Shown here: positions 23,271 through 35,594 of the stretch, one piece after another
Layout: each line of letters opens with the position of its first letter
Numbering within the stretch: the stretch's first letter is position 1
Assembly (NCBI GenBank): GCA_013265495.1
Contig: MU058584.1
Span: 2,389,599-2,453,598, forward strand
Length of the DNA stretch: 64,000 bases
Direction of reading: 5' to 3'
Source: Vicugna vicugna
Taxonomy: Eukaryota
The notes under the pieces: generated by a model
Seen by the model: the letters and a program-made list of their open reading frames with translations, nothing else
Told to the model about the DNA's origin: nothing
Database searches by the model: none
Translations under genes and position numbers: made by a program

Positions 23271-24164
23271 GTGATAATTCACAAAGTTATCATTGCCGGT
23301 GTTGTTCTCATTGTGAAAGAAGAGATCTAAGAAAAATCACTTCCAAGATGTTAGGTCTCCATGCTTATAGGAAGACAGAGAGGACGATGGTTTTGGATGA
23401 TTCTTTTGAAAATGACACCCTCACTTCCATGGCTGAGCCCTCGTTGTAGTCTGCCTAGAGATGGATACAGATGTAGATTTTCCCCCCATTGATCTTGGAA
23501 GTATTGATGTTACCAGCATTGGAATTCAGGTCTCCAAAGGGTCGGACAATTCCGAGACTCACTGAGCATCACCTTCCTAAAAGACAGTGACCAAAACCAG
23601 AGGAATATGAGGACGAAATGAGACAGGGATGTACAGAACCTTTCGAGGCTTCCAACCCCCTAAGAGATAAGAAAGATGTTGGGATCTCAGCCAACACCCT
23701 TAAATAATAAGGAGTGATGGGAGAGAAAAGCTGACAGTCTGTGACATGTGACATGTGACTTTCTAGTGACCCAGAGACTAGATTTGTTCTAAGTGGGAAG
23801 AGCTCTCGTGGTAACATCAAGAGCAATTTCCAAGGCAGCAAGTAGCTCATGTCCCCCTCACAAAAGCAAATGACCAGAGGGAAACATTATCCAGAGGACA
23901 GGAGCCCTGCCTTGGACACTAAATTGACAACACGTTATTAATCTTCTTTTGAGCTTTTCACCAAACCCATTCTGGCATGGAAAGTTCCTTCAATCAAAAG
24001 AAAAAGCCATCTCTGAGGCTTTGAATTGATCAAATTAAAGGCGTGGTACTTTAAAGGGCTGCTTTTGCTTCATAGAAGAAATTCACCGAATTTTGTTTGC
24101 ATTGCTCTAGACTTCGGAAGTGAAAACCCCAGTGGGCTTGATTCCCATATGTGGGAGTTCATGG

Positions 24165-24530
24165 CACTCGTGATGGCTGCAAAAATTCTGGAAACAACTT
24201 GAATGCCCATGAAAAGGAGACATTAAATGAAATAGGACTATCAGGCTATGGAATATTTTGTAGCTACTGTAAAGAATAAACATGAGTTACATGCTTCAAC
24301 CTGAGATGTGTCCAAATATCCATTGTAAGGGGAAAAAAGCAATTTTCAGAGTAATGTATAAACTGTGTTTGTATGAGCAAAGGAGAGGATATGAAAGAAT
24401 TCCTCCAAAATTGTTAATACTGAGTATTTAAGGAAGTTGGGATTGGAGGTGGCGAGGTCCTTAAACATTTCATTATATTACTTTTTGACTTGTAACAAAG
24501 ACTGTAGATCATGTTTACAATTATTAAAAA
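24165..24530 (+). mobile_element. Very old L1ME-type 3' fragment
   Basis: CTGGAAACAACTTGAATGCCCA..CTATGGAATATTTTGTAGC..AAAAAGCAATTTTCAGAGTAATGTATA..AAATTGTTAATACTG. Confidence 0.65.
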
Positions 24531-26914
24531 TCCAGTTAAGCAAAACAAAAAAACAAAAAACAAAGAATCACACAGACACTGTTACGATATGTAATAGGTG
24601 GAACAGCTTCTTGATTTAAAGATTACACTCCATGACTCAGTTTTCTCAGCTGTAAAAATACACAAACGAAAGATGGTGGTCCCTGAATGCATAATTAATT
24701 AGACACATTGAAATTATTTTCATGTTGGTTACGTAGAGTTCACTGTCCTTGAAACCTACTCAGTTAGATGCCCTTTCCCACCCCTTTGTGGAATTTCATT
24801 CAGGCAGGTCTTGCAGTGTTTGTTCATTTTCAGCTATAAATGGGGTAACTTAATTCATTATTACTCCCTTTAAGGTATTAAAAGGTCCAATCCAGTCTCA
24901 CACTATAACTTCGATCTGTGATGCTATCTACGACTTCCTTCCTCTCTTTAACTCATGCACAGCTCATGGTTCAAGTACCCGTAGTTGGTCAGAAGGCATG
25001 ATATTATCTTTCACTCTTTGTCTTACCACCTCCCCGTTTTGTCTTCTGGACATCCTGAGGCCCAAGCAGGGGGAAGGGGGTTAGATGAAAAGGGATAAAC
25101 TTTCGTGTCACTGATGCCACTGCAATCCTTTCTTGGCTAATCTTGACTGTCTGGGTGGTTCACCTCATACCTCTTACTCCGAAAGCACTCATCCCAACAG
25201 GTGACCCTCTTATAAAATGACTTCAGCCCAGGGACTTTCCAGAGGACCCACCTGGCCATGGGAAACTCATTCATCCTTGCCAGACCATGGGGCGGTAGCA
25301 GAGCTGGCTGTCTGCTTTTGTTCCTCTCCGCATCCCACCATTGTGCATGGCCACAGCTGCTTCCCAGCCTTCTGAATTGTAGGTGGGGAGCAGCTGCCAG
25401 TCCAAGTTTCACAAACAATCTCAAAAACAGGCATCCAAGGGCCCTGTCACCCCATCTCTCTCTGTCAGCCCTGGAGCCCACAATTCTACACTTCCTACAC
25501 ATTCACTGGGGCAGTGAGAGACTTTTTCCCACTTCTCACAGGCACCCTCAATCTCTGTGAGTACTTCTCTTGGGTCCTCATTACTTGATTTGGAGGAAGG
25601 CAACCTTGGAAAGGAAAGTAAGTGGAGAAGAGATTATCACATCCTCCCTGCTAGACTATAAACCTTCCTTCAGTGACTCTCTAAGTCTTCCCTTTGAAAC
25701 TCTGGATGTGTTGTGCATTCCCTGCTGCCACTGATGGGGTTGATGGCCGCAGGAGAGGTTCTGCTTCTTCTGAGCATATGTTGCTTCTGTTTCTTCTCTT
25801 TAAAACGAGGAGTTACTTCTCATCCATTGTCCTCAGCTTTGGGCTTTGAGCCAAGATTTCAGGACACTGGGGAAAGTCCCACTCCACATGCTGCTATCTA
25901 AGAAAAATGCTTTTCTCTAGCCAAAGAATTCCTCAGGAAAATTAGAGGGTACAGTTTCAAATCCTTCAAAAGAAATAAGCCAAGTCATAAAATCAGAGAC
26001 ATTTCAGAGCTTAAGGACATCTTAGAAATCACTGCCTTTTCATTATCTAGGAAGAAAACATGTTCCAGAAAGGATGATCAACGTACCTCAGGTCATGGCT
26101 GCAAGAGGTATTTGAGGGCAGTGATGGGTCTACCGACAGAGTCCTCACTTGATGAAGGCAGAGGTGGTAGAAATTACCTTTTCCTTCACTATAATGCTTC
26201 TCCAGCATCATCGTCATCTTAAATTTATCACTGGGGGTGTACTGGGAAGTATTTATGACTGAACAATGTTTTCAGGTGTCAAGATTATAGTAAAATATAT
26301 TCACCAGGAACATAACTTTAAAAAAAACCTGAAGCAACAGCAATTTTTACATATTCTTCATTTTGCTTTTATAAGGATGGGGTAAGTGACATGTAAGTAA
26401 ATTTATGTCAGGGCCTTATCCAAAATGAAGTTTTTAAGACAGGTCATTTTTGGATGAATTCAGTCAATACAATTTCTATTTAAAAACTGAAATCATAAAC
26501 CTTTATATTTCTGTAGGGTTTTTTTTTTTTGCCACTTCCAAAGAGCTCTTACACACATCGTCTGAAATTCTACACTGAGAAGTGAGGTTAAATTAATGAC
26601 CTTGAAGCACTGTGAGTGCCTTTTGAATTATTAAAGCAAGACGGAATTCTGTTCTGGGTAAATTAGTGTTAAGTGTGGTATTTAAAATAATCCTTCCACC
26701 TGTGATATTAGTGGGTAAAAGTTCTCAACTAACTAGAATGTTCCAATAACCGAAGGACTTTGCTTTCTCAGCCATTTCGAATGTTGAATTGCTATTCTGA
26801 TGTCCTTACGATGGGCAGACACCGGTGCCTAAGACAAAGTCTTTGGAGCTTTTCCTCCTCGATATGTGTCAAGACCCTTAAATTATATTCAACAAATCTG
26901 TACAAAGAAAATAA

Positions 26915-27135
26915 TTGGACAAGTGTACGAAGCTGCTTTGTTATGATACTCTGTGCTGCATTATTTTATAATTTCCAATATTAAGGAAAAACATCAATGT
27001 CTAATAAAATAGAAATGGGCTCAAAGGTATCACATAGCAATGAAATGGAATTCTGTACAGTCAATAAAACTGAGATGTAGAAGATGATTTAATGACATCT
27101 GAATATGTTAATGCTATTTTGTCTAGTGAAAGTTT
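26915..27135 (+). mobile_element. Very old L1ME-type fragment
   Basis: TGCTGCATTATTTTATAAT..GGAAAAACATCAATGTCTAATAAAATAGAAATGG..AATGGAATTCTGTACAGTCAATAAAA. Confidence 0.5.
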
Positions 27136-27803
27136 CAGGCCTCAGGAGGTGTGGCAAAGATCACAATTGTGTTTTAAAGTTATTTATCTGTCAGTCAGTA
27201 TGTACCAGCAAGAGTATTGCTGAGAAATGGATACCTTTGGCTTCCTGCCGCTGAGGGTCTGTTTGCACGAGCTGATGAGACAGACATGAGATGCAGGAGA
27301 TCTTTATGTTTTGGGCTGGAGGAAGGTTGGGATGGAGATACCCAAGCTGATGGAAGGAAAAGAAGACGAGGATGATTTCAGTGACGTGGACTCTGTTGCA
27401 AAACCCAGCCAGAGAGCCTGGTTTTGAGACTCAACTGAGAAAGAGGTTAAGAAGGGAAGCTGAAGGTTCTGTTGGTTAAAACTGCCAGCCTCTGGGCACC
27501 CATGGTGCCTTGAGGACCTAGGTGACGCAGCTTCAGAGACTCGGGGGAAGGCCATTGGTCCACCCTGTCCCCAACCTCCTACTCCGCTCTGGGTGGCACC
27601 AGGAGAGGAGCCAACACGGCGAAGGCAGCAGTCACACGGGTGGAAACGAGGCTGGTGCAGAAGAGAGGTGAGGTCCCAAGTACATGTAAGACACACCGTC
27701 ACCCGGGACCCTGGGAAATACCACAACATGCCCTGAGGGGGAGCTGAAGTTCAGGGTGAGCAAGTGGGGGCTGCGGCTGATCACTTTGTGCCCGAATCTC
27801 ACG

Positions 27804-28010
27804 CAGGGTCGCAACCTCAGCCCTGCGGACATCGGAGGCCAGCTCGTTCTTCGTCGTTGGGGGCCACCCCGTGTTGGCTGTTCGGTAGCATTCCCGACCT
27901 CCACCGACTAGGTGCTAGTAGTCACCCCTCCCTCAATTTGTGACCAAAAATATTTCCAGGTATTGTCAAACGTCCCCTGCGGGAAAAGCTCCCCAAGCAG
28001 AGAAGCACTG
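27804..28010 (-). mobile_element. MER20 (hAT-Charlie) DNA transposon, full length, with a remnant 8-bp TSD
   Basis: Termini CAGGGTCGCAACCTC and GAGAAGCACTG. Interior ACTAGGTGCTAGTAG..TGTGACCAAAAATATTTCCAGGTATTGTCAAACGTCCCCTG matches antisense MER20. Flanks ATCTCACG (27796-27803) and ATCTAATG (28011-28018) match at 6/8. Confidence 0.88.
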
Positions 28011-28171
28011 ATCTAATGGAACAACAACTGCAATCCCCGGTGGGTGACAACCACCCTGCGGTCACAGCTGAGATTCGCTGAGTCTCTGCAGCGCCCTGGA
28101 TCCTCTCCTAAGTGCTTCCTGTTTAATCTTGTGGAAGGTTCACGACTCCACAAGGCGGGTTCTGTGCAACG

Positions 28172-28285
28172 CGTTACAGACGAGGAGGCTGAAGGCGCAG
28201 AGAGGATGTGGCTCTCCCACGCTTGCCCTGCTGAGACGCGGCAGGGCCGGGCTAGGAATCCGTGTGTTCTGGCCTCGGAGACCAT
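28172..28285 (-). mobile_element. GC-shifted MIR core
   Basis: TTACAGACGAGGAGGCTGAAGGCGCAGAGAGG..GGCAGGGCCGGG versus MIR TTTACAGATGAGGAAACTGAGGCACAGAGAGG..GGCAGAGCCGGG. Confidence 0.7.
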
Positions 28286-29694
28286 CCGACGCGTTAACAA
28301 CGGTAGGCTTTTGGTGTAACCGCCCTCTTTCTTTCTCTTTGTGGCTTGTTATTGTTGTGGTTGTTGGATTTTTCAACTATTTTCCAGTACAAGCGATCAC
28401 CTTAATAAAAATGATTAAGCAAGGAATTCAGTAAGAGCCAGGGCTGCAGGACCTCCGGCCTGAGCCCAGCTGGGTGTTGAGCAAGAGCCCCAGGGGATGT
28501 CCTTGTCCAAGCGATGATCAAGGGGGCCACGGTGACTTTAAACGAAGACTGAAAAACAACAGGATAAAAGAGATGTGACAGAACATGGGCTCTCGTGGCT
28601 TGCCGAGCTGCCTTCCTCGTCTCTCTCCTAACTGTGCTGGGGGGTGGGTTCGTGCTAGTCCGAGTTCCTGGCTCCCCACGGGCAGGCGCCCCCCTTCAGC
28701 AGGCCCCGACCTCTCGGGGTGGGTGCGGTGCTGTTCCCGGGTGGGAAGGCTGGCGGGCTGAGGGTGCACGGGAAGGAGGCCCAGGCTCCGGGGAGCAAAG
28801 GCCCACGGGCTGGGGTTGCACCTTGTGCATTTTTGTCAAGCCAAGGCAGGGGCTTGGGTAGCGATTCCCGCCGAGGCTGGGGCTGGCAGCTGAGTGTTTA
28901 GCAGAGCCAGCCTGTCACTCACTGCTTACGTTCACCCCTTAATGGCACTTCCCTTGTCATTTGCCTGGTGTCGCTTTTATCTTAAGTGAATTTAACAGCG
29001 GTGAAAGGTGCCAGTCTGAGGTCCCCAGAGAGGAGCTTTGCCGGAAGAGCAGTTGGAATGAAAGTTTCTCCCATCAAATCACCTCCGCTGCCCCACCTTG
29101 GGGGGTAAGAACCCCCCCCCAGCTGCGGGGGTACCCCCGGGGGCCAAGCTGAGCACGCCCAGCTCTTCCCACAGCTCAGCCAAGCATCCTTAAGGGAAGC
29201 CAGCTACACTCAGGTCTGCAAAATCAGGAGACATATTGCAATTGCTTTTTCCTTAATTTCCACACCCAGGAGTGTTTCAGGAGGAATGTAATCTCTATGT
29301 TTCTGGTTCATTTACACTTAACTCGTCACAGGATTCTTTCCAAAGAGCCATTTGGTGCCCAAGAGAACTTGTGAGTTTTTTTAAACACGTATTCATCTTT
29401 AAAAAAAAATTTTTTTTGCATTAGCCAGGTTCAAAGTAATGTCTTAGCTCTGCCCACGAATATGAGATGGTTTTAAATTTCAAATCCAGTTAAGTTTCTA
29501 AGAGTGGTTCTGGGAAGCAGCCCATTTCACAAATCAATCAGTGACAGGTGAAAGCTGGTATCATTTTGCCCTCTCAGGGTTGGAAGTTGAAGCTGGAGTG
29601 TGAAGTGAATATGCAGGAGAGGGAGAAATAGAAGAGACAGGAAGACGAAGAGAGAGGTTGAAGGCACAATAATTCTAGCTGCCCTGTCCGACCT

Positions 29695-29915
29695 CTTACT
29701 AGACTAGGTCCTGTGCCAAGCACTCCGTATATCAGTTCTTACAACTACGCTATGGCAACTTTTAAATTACCAGGAAAGAAGTTTTCCTGTGTAATAGATG
29801 AATAAACTTAAGGTTAGAAGTTAAATAAATTACTCGGTTCACACAGGTAGTAACTGAGGTATCCAGAATGGAATCCAGCTCCATGTGAACCCAAATTAGC
29901 AACACTGAAAGGAAG
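29695..29915 (-). mobile_element. MIR SINE
   Basis: CTGTGCCAAGCACT..CTTACAACTAC..ATAGATGAATAAACTTAAGGTTAGAAGTTAAATAA..TCACACAGGTAGTAACTG. Confidence 0.7.
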
Positions 29916-30339
29916 AGAATCAATGGAGAAAGTGGAAGAAAGAAAAGGGGCAGTTTCCTTCGCTTTGCGACTGGCAATGTGGTGTGACACAAGGCAGAGC
30001 CTCTTTTTCTGTTTCCATCCTTTATCGACTCAGAAGGCATCATGGGATGGAGGGTGAGCCTGGCTGACTTCTGTCCATCTCATTGTGCGGACCGTGGTTC
30101 CATGCAAAGGGCTTCCCTTCAGCAGCAATTATAGGGGACTGTCTCTAACTCACCCAGAAAACTAAGCTTGAGGTAGGGCTAGGAAGGGCTAAATGCTCCG
30201 ACCTTCGGGTGAAACCTAACTTCACTCCTGAACAGAATTGGAGACAAATAATTTCTTATGCACTGAGGCTAGTTATTTCTGGGGGAGCTCAAATTTTTGA
30301 AACATTCCTTTGTATGTTCTGGAGATTGAAAAAGAAGAA

Positions 30340-30341
<2 letters not shown>

Positions 30342-30379
<38 letters not shown>
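30342..30379 (+). repeat. (GT)19 microsatellite
   Basis: Perfect dinucleotide run. Confidence 0.99.
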
Positions 30380-30380
<1 letters not shown>

Positions 30381-31003
30381 GGCAGGATATCTGGGGGAGA
30401 CGAGGACAATTTCCAGCTCTACCAGGATCCCGGTTGGCTGATCCCGGTTGGCTTATCCCGTGGAACAGTACTTTGCTTGAAAGCCTTACATCCCGCTCTG
30501 TTTAGTTCATGAAGTGCTGAGGACCTCTGATGGCGGGAGCGTTGTACTTGATATTAAATACACAGCAGTGAGGAAGAAACTATCACATGCATTTATTTTG
30601 GTGGTTTTTCTCCAGCATCGCTGCCTTTTGTGCAATTTACATGGATGACCCTAAGGGCACTCATAGGCTCCCTGAGACTTCATTTTCCCATCTAGCATTT
30701 AAATATGCACTGCACTCACTTTTATTTCAAGAATGACTCTTTAGTGAGTTAGTAAGCATAGAACTCCCAAAAGAGATGACAGAAGATGCAAATATAGAGG
30801 CAACCAAGGTGTGTAAGGATCTGCCCACAAATGGCCATTCTAGAGAAAGGCAGCTTGCAGGTTCATGCTTGAGGATGGGTGATTCATAAGAAAGCAGTAG
30901 ATTGAATGGGAGCATGGATTTGGGAGATAGGTAGCTATGCATTCTAAATCTGATTGTGACAGTTCTAATTGAATGCAGTGACAGCCTCTTTCTGCTTTCA
31001 CAC

Positions 31004-31023
31004 TGTGTGTGTGTGTGTGTGTG
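31004..31023 (+). repeat. (TG)10 microsatellite, abutting a MIR 3' half (about 31025-31130)
   Basis: Perfect run followed by AATACCTAGCTC..GATTGTGAAGACTGAGTGA..ACATGTAGCAC. Confidence 0.9.
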
Positions 31024-31139
31024 CAATTACAATACCTAGCTCTTTGGGAGATTGTGAAGACTGAGTGACATGATACATGTAGCACCTGTGTCATAGGTGG
31101 TGCATTGATACATGTTTAATGAATGTTACTACTTTCTGG

Positions 31140-32465
31140 TTTCTTCATTCGATGAGTATTTGATGAGTGTCTTCTGTGTGTCTGGTCCTGTTCCATGAAA
31201 TGGACAATATCCCTGCTCTAAGGAGCTTAGATGCTAGTTGGGGAGGAGGGGAGAACATAAAATAAACCACAGACTATGGCCGATGGTGATAAGTGCTAGA
31301 AAAATAAGGCTGTGGAGGGATATAGGGCTTTATATCAAAGTAGTAAAAGAGCCTCAAGCAAAGACCTAAGGAAGGTGAGGGGTTGACCCATGCAGATACC
31401 TTGAGAAAAGAAGTTTCTAGATGTCATTCTAAATGAAGTAAGCCAGAAAGAGAAAAATACCTTATGATATCGCTAATATGTGGAATCTTAAAAAAAAAAA
31501 TGAAAGGAAAAAGAGGACACTAATGAACTCATCTACAAAACAGAAACAGACTCACAGACATAGCAAACAATCTTATGGTTACCTGGGGAAAGGGGGTGAG
31601 AAGGGATACATTTGGGAGCTTGAGATTTGCAAATGTTAACTACTATATAAAACTAGATTAAAAAAATCAAATTTCTTCTGTGTAGCACAGGGAACTTTAT
31701 TCAGTATCTTGTAATAACCTTTAATGTAAAAGAATATGAAAACAAATATATGTAGGTATATGCATGACTGGGACACTGTGCTGTACACCAGAGATTGGCA
31801 TGTTGTAACTGACTATACTTCAATTAAAAAAAGAGGAAGAAACAAATGGTTAAGAACATTGGCTATCTGAAAAAAAAAATTTAAAGTCCCCAGGTGGAAG
31901 TGACAGCAAGCAAGTACACAGTGCTGAGAAGGGGCATCTTGATTGCATTTTGGGGAAAATATGGCTGAGCAGAAGGAAATGACATCAGAGAGGTAATGGG
32001 GGAGGCATGGAGACCACGGTGACCCTGGATGTGAAGGGACGACATTGAAGTGTTCTGAACAGAGAAGTGACACCTTCTGTCTTCATATTTTAAGAACCAC
32101 TCTTGCTGCTGGCTTGCTGATAGACTGTAGGTGGACGAAGGCAGAAAATGGAAGACCCCTCAGGAGATGGCTGTGGCAGCAAACTGAGCGAGAGAGGAAG
32201 GTACCCTAGATAAGGGTGTGACAGGTGAAGGTTATAAGAGTGGTTAGAAGCTGGCTGTTTCTGGAAGTAGAGCCAATGCACTTGATATAAAGATTGATTG
32301 GCCATCATTCAGGAACGGCTCCAAGATTTTTGTCTAAAAAGGAATAGAGTTGCTGTCAATCGAGATAAGGAAGACCGGGGACACCAGGCTGGGAATGAAG
32401 ACCAGGAGTCGAGCTTTGAACATGGTAAGTGAGTGGCACCTATTAAACACCCACGTGGAGATGTT
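31140..32465 (-). mobile_element. L2a-type LINE, interrupted by the L1 at 31424-31879
   Basis: TTCATTCGATGAGTATTTGATGAGTGTC tail, CCCTGCTCTAAGGAGCTTA, ATGGTGATAAGTGCTA, TTTTAAGAACCACTCTTGCTGCTG and TTTGAACATGGTAAGTGAG..CCTATTAAACACCCACGTGGAGATGT. Confidence 0.85.
31424..31879 (+). mobile_element. 5'-truncated lineage-specific L1 3' end with two successive A tails
   Basis: TCATTCTAAATGAAGTAAGCCAGAAAGAG..GAACTCATCTACAAAACAGAAACAGACTCACAGACATAG..GTAACTGACTATACTTCAATTAAAAAAA. Near-identical to the copy at 58961-59432. Confidence 0.95.
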
Positions 32466-35400
32466 GGGCTGTGTTAACCAAGCCAGTGTTCTTTTTTAAA
32501 TCTATCTCATGGTTATTTGGAATGGTTCAGGGGAGAATCTAAATCATTAGAGGGTAATTATTGCCCCTTCCTCAAATCTCCCCAGTAACGCTATTTACCC
32601 AAAAGCTCAGCTCCATCATCTCGTGCATTTTTCTGAACCTCTTTCAGTTCTTAGAACAATACTAGGTACTATAAACACCTCATTTGTAGCCGGCAGAGAA
32701 AACAAAAACTTGCGAGCAGGAACTTCGGATTCCATGAGCTCTTTTAAAACAGAACCCTCATAACTCCAAGCCCTTTTCATAAAAACACTTGGTCCTCCAC
32801 ATGGAAGTCTTCTGAAGGCACCTAGCACTTCCCGCAATCCCACATGAAAGCGTAATGAGCGCCCAGGCTAGTGATGCTTTGTGGCAGAGACATTCGCTCT
32901 TCCAGGTGCCCCAGAAGCAAGAGAATAAAAGGCAGAAGATGAACGGCCTTTGCCTCTGAAACAGCTGCCGCTCCTGCATCTGCATGGCCAGTTGATTTAG
33001 AGATTTGTGCAGAGAGCCTCTGAGCCCCTGGCTCCTGCCAAGTGAATTACCAGGAGCAGCCCATGGCAGGAGTTATCGTTCTGTTCCGGGCGCTGCAGGA
33101 CAAATGCCCTGGAGCTGGAAGATGAAATGCACTCGCTCCTAGGGGAACCTGCAGACACGACCTGGGCACAGCCCTGAAGATCAAGGTCATCTTGCTCTGG
33201 ATGGTGACTTGGAGCCAAGCCAACAGCACTCATCAAAGACTGATCCCCGAGGGAGGTACCTGGGATGGCTGTTACTGAAAGGCCCTGATAAGAATGCCGG
33301 CTCTCCATTATCTGTGGCAATATGCCTGCAGGTGGATGTGAGCACCATGGTGCAGGCAAAACCATTTCCCCCAATGGTGAATGGCATTAATATTCTGCCC
33401 TGTCCAGGCCACCCCTGGCAGATATTTGAGATACCAACGAGTTGCCATAGGCCAGATTCCCCCTTCTCTTCTAAAATTCAATGTTCTATTGTAAGATTCC
33501 TATGATCAAACACATTTGGAAGAGTCCTGGTTCACGAAATGAAGTAGGTTACTCTGCACAGGATTTGTCAAAATGCTCCACATGCTGATACACACTGGAA
33601 TTTTCCGAAGGGAAAGAACACACGCAGCAATGTGTAAGAACAAGGACCTGTTCTCCAGAAGCAGCTACAAAGGCAAGTGTTGCTCTAATCGTGCTTAGAG
33701 AAATGTTTCCTTAGGCTAACAGTAAAATGCTTCGCATTCACGGAGACCAAATGGTGCTTGGGGAAGGAGCTCGGGAGGATGCTCAGGAATCATTTCAAAA
33801 GTGCCACAGGAGATTTAAAAAGAAAGGAAGGAGGGAGGAGAAGGAATCAGCCCAGGGGCAGGAGTGGGAAGTTGATTCTCCCAGCTCGGTGGTTTCCGCA
33901 GGAGGAGTCCAGCCCTACCCGAAGGGCTTTGCTTTCAGAAGCTGCGAGCAGGACATTTGCTCTAAGACCTGGTCGGTACTATCTGACATTAGTGGGTGAA
34001 AAGACCAGATTGAAGACCAAAGTATCTTACTCAAGGCTACTTAAGGGAGGGGGGCTATCTGAATTTAACTGCATAAAAGGCTTCACTTGAAACACAATCC
34101 TCAAAGAATCTTTGCTGCAAAACTTTTCGTAGGTGAGACTGGATTTAATGAAGTCCTGGAGTAAACCCTTTTATGTAATCAGAAAACCAGAGACGTCGAC
34201 AGGAAGTTTAGGGGATTTCAATCTAAGCTCCTACTCTCTCCATCAATCCCCTCTGCTGTATTTACAAGAGCCATCCTGTTGCCGTTTGAACACCTCCAGT
34301 GATGTGGGTCTCACCGCCTTCTAAGAGAGCTCATTTCATCGTCAGCCAGCTCTCACCATCCGGGTCCAGGACCACAAACTCCACTCCTTAATGAGTAACA
34401 TAATTGCCAGTCCCAGCGTTCTCAGCGCTTGCTGGTCTGCTGATGCTGCGAGCTGGGTTCTGCTGGTAAGCTATACAAACTCTAAAATAAGCACTGATAA
34501 GGCAGAAAATAGTGAGGAGACAGAAAGAAACACACATATAACGCAGCCAGAAGTCAGCCTTCATGTTTTACCCTTTGGGAAAAAGCAATTCTATGGGTGC
34601 ACCTTTTTGGCGAAGGAGGAAGTTGGTTTTGCAGAGAAAAGTGAGGCGCTATAGTGAAAATGTTTTGGGAACTCAAGTGTGCCCTACACATCCGTGTAAG
34701 GGGTTGTGGTCAGGGCTAACAGTGGGAGCTCTAACAAGACAGCGGAATGGGGAGAAAGGCTCAGATTGCCCAGGGGCCAATAGGAGTGAAGGAAAGCAGG
34801 CGGGGCAGGGGTGGGGCCGGGGGCATGAAACATCCAAGTGGAGAGAAAACGGGCTGGTGAGAGAGCGCATGTCCTTCTGGAAAAATCAGTTTCGTATGAA
34901 ATACGCCATCTCGGCGGTCACGTACCTTCAGTCCCGTTGCCTAACCCAGAAACTCGGGCGTCAACCTCTTTTTTCTCCCTCCTCCCAATCTGTCATCATG
35001 TCTGTGTACCCCGTCTCTTCAGCACAAAGAAACCCTTTGATCTGTCCTCACCTAGCAGGCGCTCACTATTTTTAATTAAAACGAAGAGCCTTTTAACAGG
35101 GAAAGCACCGTGAGGCGAACCCTTCCCTGTGAGCGTCTCGCTGAGCCAGTGGGCACCATTTACCCCACGGCGAGGGGAGGTGGACTTTTCAACAAATGAG
35201 CCGTTAAGACTAAGTTTCTGGATCAACAACGGCACCAGGAATGAGCTGAAAGGGAAGAATGTCCTTTGTTGGAAGGACTCGCTGCCTCTGGACTAAGAGC
35301 ATCCTTTCCCCTCGGACTCCTGTCCGTCTGCTCCCGGGCTCCCTACTGAGGCCACCAGTCATGGCAAACGTCCACCCAGGCTGCTTCCTCCTAGGAGGCT

Positions 35401-35594
35401 CCTGTCAAATCACAGGTCTCTCACACTGCTTTAAAGGACTCTGATTCAGGGCATTTTGCGTGGGATCGGGGAATCTGTATGTGGTAAAAGCTGCACAGGT
35501 GACTCTAATGATCAAGCAGAGATTTGAAAGAACTGCCTGCAGAGCCAGGTGTGTATGACCACTAACTCACTAATTCTTAGCGACACGGTGATGA

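Larger units (their letters stand above)
27780..28900. promoter_or_regulatory. CpG-island-like GC-rich segment (orphan CpG island or candidate enhancer/promoter)
   Basis: About 34 CpGs counted by eye in 27781-28320 (540 bp). A second CpG- and G-run-rich block lies at 28590-28880. Both are far above the surrounding CpG density. Confidence 0.6.
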
